From Chitinivibrionales bacterium (GTDB lineage: Bacteria; Fibrobacterota; Chitinivibrionia; Chitinivibrionales; WJKA01), in the NCBI GenBank assembly GCA_038247415.1, contig JBBRUX010000043.1, forward strand, positions 1 through 32,543: 32,543 bases of DNA. Reading direction: 5' to 3'. Positions 28,801 to 32,543 of the stretch are shown here, one piece after another (position 1 is the stretch's first letter; the number at the start of each line of letters is the position of its first letter). The translations under genes and the position numbers were made by a program. The notes below the pieces were generated by a model that was not told where the DNA came from, searched no databases, and was given only the letters and a program-made list of their open reading frames with translations.

Positions 28801-29246
28801 ACTCCAAAGCTCGTGTCTCCGATGTCTTTGGTTGGGGTTCCGGAAATGAATATTCCGTTTACATTCATCCACGACGGAATATTTATGAACCCAACAAGGG
28901 CCACGCTTTCGCGGTCGGTGCCTTTTGCCTCATAGGAAATAAAGACATTAACTTTTGCCGCAACCACAGAATCCGAACTAACCTGTGGAGCCTGGTTGAT
29001 AATCAAGCTATATGCGGCAGCCACAAACCCCGCATCTGAGAAAATCTGGCTACCGGATGACTTTCCTACCGCCGCTTCGCCCACGTTACCAAACAAGCGA
29101 AAGCCAAAACCGTCCATTTTATCATACGTCGGCCCGCACGATTGAGTGGCGATACTTTCGGCATTGGCAAATGAAATCATGGCCGTTAGGCTTACGGCGG
29201 CTAATAATCGGAAGGCTCTTGTATGTCTACGTCGATGAAAAGTCAT
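25821..29246 (-). CDS. Giant secreted surface protein: about 5 cadherin/He_PIG-like repeats, Big_5-like Ig, dockerin-like EF-hand pair, cohesin-like domain, FlgD-Ig-like tail
   Basis: Signal peptide ANA-E; AAAGGA RBS before ATG at 29246. Repeats 'N.PP.ITS...F.Y.A...D...PSW....GTP...TSF.V.ATDG'. 'VKDKFGKSLDGNSN..DDFMWSFRT'; 'YLGDFSGNDTVGFEDL'; 'VSGSGTVATL'; 'WNGRDEMGMACAPGVY'. Confidence 0.85.
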   Translation of the reverse strand: MTFHRRRHTRAFRLLAAVSLTAMISFANAESIATQSCGPTYDKMDGFGFRLFGNVGEAAVGKSSGSQIFSDAGFVAAAYSLIINQAPQVSSDSVVAAKVNVFISYEAKGTDRESVALVGFINIPSWMNVNGIFISGTPTKDIGDTSFGVVATDGSLSDTLKVHVAVLTPNTPVKITSSFKVSAIEHVLFNYRATVLDPSTLLSLSFPKYPSWLHVSSDSLWGIPPEGATDTSFIIVATGASSSDIDTVKISVKPVNDPPVITSSALKGVITNMQFAYTADAYDPEGRAVKITFENLPSWLLATGNVVEGMPLTTTVDTSFIVVATDDTLVSRLSVQVRVQFINTPPVITSADTASSTQHRAFVYRATASDLQTSDLVILFPSQFPAWLTAQGDSVFGTPHTRGIGTISFTVKVSDGISSVTKNVFVSVKDSFDTPIFVSQPDTQCISLADYSYQARASDYDTTSLLFALAKAPATMTINAASGVVRWSPTDADTGTKTITINADDQHGGIGAQTFSLHVILNPAPRCKLGQIAKQQRNIVRIPFVLSDSDNEKISLALVYRLSPKSAWISSTAILGGDSLDAAHYTGTLQWNTAAENNLAGKRFDSLMVRITPLSHMPGFSDSTPFIVVDNTPALQLTKATPVQGTRVAANAIPTITVSVKSGSSLFDAATVNATTVTLIGTHQGTVPITVTCTDSMISVRPYFYLQANDLFTVHVSSMVKDKFGKSLDGNSNDSSDGTPADDFMWSFRTGYLGDFSGNDTVGFEDLTLAAQYWNRSAVRTWQKTDSIQEAGPAVGSSPYFVLSPDSLFDYRDLSVFMRDWYWTYGQQHPQQSGSLTKVVAIPAESASASSLRQSSLSIPPAISIAPARFQCAALTCELIKGATTARVDLRVENISGLVACRYRIWGSSGIVAIETNNTVLEKEAEVLALTRENPSWSEASLARFSSGDVGVSGSGTVATLWLPATSKPHSRLTLEYQLLGSNNTTIEQGTLDLGDNPALVMPALISQRIQPLVSAPNPMKVSSRNAAFEIIDQPKAISWVLNDGAGAVIKFQIDAQKGTPDLHCQVAIYNFNHSIVRQTPVRDIADEVKAAQGSKMYSLYWNGRDEMGMACAPGVYMISLLSKGNLGSSKQTFLLGIKDK

Positions 29247-29304
29247 GAAAAGTATTCCTTTGCTAATCGTCAATTTGTGTAACACGACCGGGAACGGCTA
29301 CCAA

Positions 29305-30072
29305 TTAAAAGCTTTTGAGAACATCGGTGCCCTTAAGAGAAACAACCTTGAAGGTGTCCTGATTTGTCCCCAAAGCATAACAGTATGATATCGTAATCCG
29401 CGTTGTATCGGCAGTGGTATCGGGTACCTTTGCAACAAGTGTCATAACCGAAACATTTCCCGACACCGGCGTAGCTGACGGGAGCACAAGAAAATCCGCA
29501 ATATTACCGCTTGTTAATGCAGAATACCCAGCGGTATCGGGCTTAATTGCCCGTTTGATGGTTGCATTACTCAGTGTGATATGAAGTTGTGCACATGAGG
29601 GAAAACCTTTGATCCGCACCTGTAGTGTAACACTATCGCCGCTGCGAACTACTTGACGTGGCTCCAAAAAAACAGCAGGCGTATCGAGTGCACTCACTGT
29701 GAACTGGCGCGAGGTGAGAAGATGATCTTCTACTTGACCGTCTTTGTAACGTGTGTCAATTTCGAAGGAATGAGCACCATCGGACAAAAGTCGCACAAAC
29801 TGGGTTTGCGTTCCCCATGATGACCATGCCAATGTGTCGATACGCCATCGGTATTCGGAATACGGACTATTGCCGGCCCACGATACGCGCAATGTGTCGT
29901 TTGCGAGAACTCCATTATCGTTCACAGGAGAGGTAAGCGTGAGTGCCGGGCGTTCGTAACAGGGCGTGCTCGGATTGTATTTGTTGCACTCGGGGGTTTT
30001 TGGCCCGCAGGAACACACAACAAGTGCGATAAAAATCCCTGCGCTAAAAATTAAAGAAATTGACCGTTTCAC
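29305..30072 (-). CDS. Lipoprotein with Ig-like domain and C-terminal cohesin-like domain
   Basis: GTG start with AAAGG RBS; lipobox VVCS-C. 'EYRWRID..WSSW..LSDGAHSFEI' (Ig). 'AVFLEPRQV..GDSVTLQVRI..VSGNVSVMTL' (cohesin-like). Confidence 0.7.
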   Translation of the reverse strand: MKRSISLIFSAGIFIALVVCSCGPKTPECNKYNPSTPCYERPALTLTSPVNDNGVLANDTLRVSWAGNSPYSEYRWRIDTLAWSSWGTQTQFVRLLSDGAHSFEIDTRYKDGQVEDHLLTSRQFTVSALDTPAVFLEPRQVVRSGDSVTLQVRIKGFPSCAQLHITLSNATIKRAIKPDTAGYSALTSGNIADFLVLPSATPVSGNVSVMTLVAKVPDTTADTTRITISYCYALGTNQDTFKVVSLKGTDVLKSF

Positions 30073-30152
30073 AAAAATGCCTTTCGCTGTATGGATTCAC
30101 CGTGCATATAAGTAAGATACTTTAAGGGTAAAGAACACCGAGTTAATTATAG

Positions 30153-31136
30153 TCAAAAAACCAAGCACATCCGCACCGTCACTTTTCCCAGTGCAAGGTT
30201 GCCTCCCACATTGATTGATGCAAGTTTTGGCTGTACCTTTTTTTCGGGATGTATTATAAAAAGAATGATTGACGTCGGAATACTTACTCCTGCAGCGCAC
30301 AAATAGGCGATTGCTGCATTCTTGTTTGATAGGCTCAGGCTGCTTGCCTCTTTCTGTTTTTTGACATCGGAACCGGCCCAGCTTGTGTCGCTATAGCGGC
30401 TGTTCCACAGGCTCGATTGCGATGCGAAATATCCGCCCGCTGTCCCCGTCGCAACCCCGGCGGTTGCCAGAAATATCGCGCTAGAAAGCCGCACGATTTT
30501 AATTGTTTTAGCATGTATCAAAGCATCCGCTTCTGCTTTTTGCCGCTCTTGCTCCCAACGGAGCGCATCTTCTTCTTGCTTAACATTATATGAATAGGGG
30601 AGATTGTCGTGCACTTCCAGGGTTTTGCCGCTTAGGGTAAAATGAAATTGCCCATTTTGTGAAAATATACAATTATAAAGCACCACTCCCGGGAGTTTCG
30701 ATTTGATGCCGTAGACCGTGTAGGCTACATTGGTGTTGCGAAAAAGGGCCCGGTCGCACGTGGGCTCGATTGCAATGCCGTTCCAGTCGAATGGCGCTGC
30801 GGTCTGTTCGCTCGATGGATTGAAATTGGCATCGTTAACGGAAGTAAATACACAGCGTTTTTCGGTGGAGCCCAAAACTTCGATCTTGCCATTTACAATA
30901 AGTCCGGCAAACGGTTTGAAGAGGAAAATACACCCTTCCTTGATAGTTGTTGTCTGCCCCTTTTGAACGGTGATGTCCGATTCAATAATAAATGGGCTGT
31001 CGTCGGCAAGAAAAGTTTTTCCGCCAATCGGGCCCGAGATGTGCGTAACTGCAAGGCCACTGGTTGACAGGAGTAAAAGGAGACAAGTAATTGAGAGAAA
31101 TGGCGGAAGTTTCATAAGAGAGTGTGGTAGTTTCAT
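30153..31136 (-). CDS. Exported beta-helix protein with C-terminal membrane-associated segments
   Basis: Signal peptide. 'THISGPI..SPFIIESDITV..TIKEGCIFLF..LIVNG..GSTEKRCVFTS..DWNGI' (beta-helix N-cap). Short coiled coil, two Gly/Ala-rich hydrophobic segments, C-terminal Phe. Start is ATG 31136 or 31115. Confidence 0.75.
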   Translation of the reverse strand: MKLPHSLMKLPPFLSITCLLLLLSTSGLAVTHISGPIGGKTFLADDSPFIIESDITVQKGQTTTIKEGCIFLFKPFAGLIVNGKIEVLGSTEKRCVFTSVNDANFNPSSEQTAAPFDWNGIAIEPTCDRALFRNTNVAYTVYGIKSKLPGVVLYNCIFSQNGQFHFTLSGKTLEVHDNLPYSYNVKQEEDALRWEQERQKAEADALIHAKTIKIVRLSSAIFLATAGVATGTAGGYFASQSSLWNSRYSDTSWAGSDVKKQKEASSLSLSNKNAAIAYLCAAGVSIPTSIILFIIHPEKKVQPKLASINVGGNLALGKVTVRMCLVF

Positions 31137-31345
31137 AATTAAATAGTTAGATCGCAAAAGATTCTTCTTTATACAATAGTATTGACGGATGAAATTGCAG
31201 TGAGTTGGCCTTGCTCAATGATATTCACAATATGAACAAAGCCTGTTTCCTCAGATATGGAAGATGTTTGTGTTTGCACGAGTTTTAGTTTTTGTAGCAT
31301 ACAATTTTGTTTACGTTAATTAGGTTCAAAAACAAGAATCTCAGT

Positions 31346-32542
31346 CTATTTCTTAGCTAATTCTTCAACCATTTTTCTTAGATCCTCGATGTCTGCCTTT
31401 TGCGCAGTGAGCTGTTCTTTGAGCTGGCTATTTTCTATGTGAAGGGAGTCGAGTTTTGAGTCGGTGATTTTTTTCTGTTCCTTGACAGCCTCAATAAGCA
31501 CAGCAGTCAGCTTATCATAGGAAAGAGATTTATACCCATCGGCATCGGTGTGAACAAGCTGCGGGAGAATCTTTTCCACGTCCTGAGCAATAAGCCCGAT
31601 TTGTTGACCCGAAGGGAAATTGCGCGTAGGGAAGGAGGCTGAATCCCAGGTGTACGTGACGCCCTGGAGGGAATTGATTTTTGAGAGGGAGGAGTCGAGA
31701 GGGGTGATGTTTTGTTTGAACCGGCGGTCGGAGGAGCAGGAGGTACCTTGAGCAGTTACACATCCGGTAACAACTAAATTTCCTGCAGAAGTAACGCGCA
31801 TCCGCTCCGCAAGAATACAAGTAACAGTGCTGGAAGTTGAAAAAATCATATCGTTTGCCCATGTAGTTGTTCCATTTTCATTTACTGCTATTCGTCCTAC
31901 TTCATTTGGCCCATTCCAATTGTCACCATAGCGCCAGGAAATATGGCTTCCTGTACCAGCACCATGGGTGCCGGATTGTTTGCCCGTTGTCATTGTAATA
32001 ATCTCATTTGAAGTTGCAGAGGAAGAAGGCACAGTCACACTGAGCTTTCCGGCGATTGCATCTGTTGTCCCAATTCCAACATTTCCAGCGGAATCTACGG
32101 TTATAGCAGGTGTTGTCAACCCCTTGTTATAAAGTTGATTAGTCTTCACAATTCCACCGTTTCTTACCGCCTTGGCCGTATCCGCAGTCACTGCACTCCC
32201 TGCCTTGACACTACTATCCGCAACCCCCGCCCTTATCGCATACACCGCAGCATTAATCCTCTGCCTCGGCGCAAGTTCATTCCCTACCGCTCCCACAGCC
32301 ACTGCAATCCAGCACGAATCCGGCACAACTGCCGCCCCAATCGGTCTCACTGCTCCCAAAGTCGCGCTAAAAACACCATTCCTTGTTGCCACTTGCAAGC
32401 TCTCGCTCCACACCGGGGAACCGCCCGTTGGTGCGCCATACAGCTTAAACCACATCTGCCTTGTGGAATCGGGCCGTGCGTTGTTGTTTGCGTCGGTTAA
32501 GACACCTTGATAAGATATTGATTTTGTTGCGCCTGCCATTAC
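31346..32542 (-). CDS. Phage-tail-like trimeric fibre protein with peptidase S74 intramolecular chaperone, probably 5'-partial
   Basis: N-terminal 'ISYQGVLTD..FKLY..TGG..VWSE..NGVFS..LG..ELAPRQRI..YAIRA' domain. Fibre motifs GNVGIGT and ERMRVTSAGN. S74 'SDRRFKQNI..LQGVTYTW..IGLIAQDVEKILPQLV..SLSY..LIEAVKEQ' plus coiled coil. Frame is open to the window edge. Confidence 0.9.
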   Translation of the reverse strand, partial: VMAGATKSISYQGVLTDANNNARPDSTRQMWFKLYGAPTGGSPVWSESLQVATRNGVFSATLGAVRPIGAAVVPDSCWIAVAVGAVGNELAPRQRINAAVYAIRAGVADSSVKAGSAVTADTAKAVRNGGIVKTNQLYNKGLTTPAITVDSAGNVGIGTTDAIAGKLSVTVPSSSATSNEIITMTTGKQSGTHGAGTGSHISWRYGDNWNGPNEVGRIAVNENGTTTWANDMIFSTSSTVTCILAERMRVTSAGNLVVTGCVTAQGTSCSSDRRFKQNITPLDSSLSKINSLQGVTYTWDSASFPTRNFPSGQQIGLIAQDVEKILPQLVHTDADGYKSLSYDKLTAVLIEAVKEQKKITDSKLDSLHIENSQLKEQLTAQKADIEDLRKMVEELAKK

Positions 32543-32543
32543 G

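Noticed and set aside
27690..28990. Repeated units in the giant protein as a possible DNA repeat array or CRISPR
   Set aside because: The repeats are diverged protein-level Ig/cadherin-like domains without identical nucleotide repeats or spacers.
31108..31136. ATGAAACT duplicated 21 bp apart (MKLPHSL-MKLPP)
   Set aside because: Very short duplication that only makes the start codon ambiguous.
113..32510. Many short antisense or alternative-frame ORFs in the ORF track (e.g. 20825-21424, 16483-16908, 32135-32500)
   Set aside because: They overlap well-supported genes and show no motifs; treated as shadow ORFs.
31346..32542. Prophage, based on the tail-fibre/S74 gene
   Set aside because: No capsid, terminase, integrase or lysis genes in the window, and the neighbours are exported cellular proteins. 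Sequence beyond the edge is unseen.

Overview
Bacterial chromosomal window of 32.5 kb. The C-terminal sorting tails and protein styles suggest Fibrobacterota (Chitinivibrionia/Chitinispirillia-like); this is inference. In order: (1) the end of a type IV pilus/T2SS gene cluster (PilP-like partial gene and a compact secretin); (2) an FHA-STAS gene divergent from an operon of hypothetical protein, soluble Ser/Thr kinase, a large protein with a degenerate GGDEF domain, a pseudo-REC/MshEN PilB-type ATPase and a small lipoprotein; (3) a decayed zone holding an RND efflux operon shortened by serial internal deletions; (4) three secreted proteins with C-terminal sorting tails (propeller-Ig protein, esterase, beta-helix protein) plus a deleted esterase paralog; (5) pgl; (6) a translationally coupled operon of LysM-FecR, CHASE2-Ser/Thr kinase, FHA-TM-lytic transglycosylase and a PflX-like radical SAM enzyme; (7) a truncated nucleotidyltransferase; (8) a minus-strand surface-structure locus with an S74-chaperoned phage-tail-like fibre, a beta-helix membrane protein, a cohesin-like lipoprotein and a giant Ig/dockerin-like/cohesin-like/FlgD protein. 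Best candidates for undescribed systems: the trans-envelope phospho-Thr circuit ending in a lytic transglycosylase, the kinase/c-di-GMP-controlled pilus motor operon, and the fibre/anchor locus, whose fibre gene has oppositely skewed codon arms around a central domain. No rRNA, tRNA, CRISPR array or intact mobile element was recognised. All domain calls come from motif reading, not database searches.
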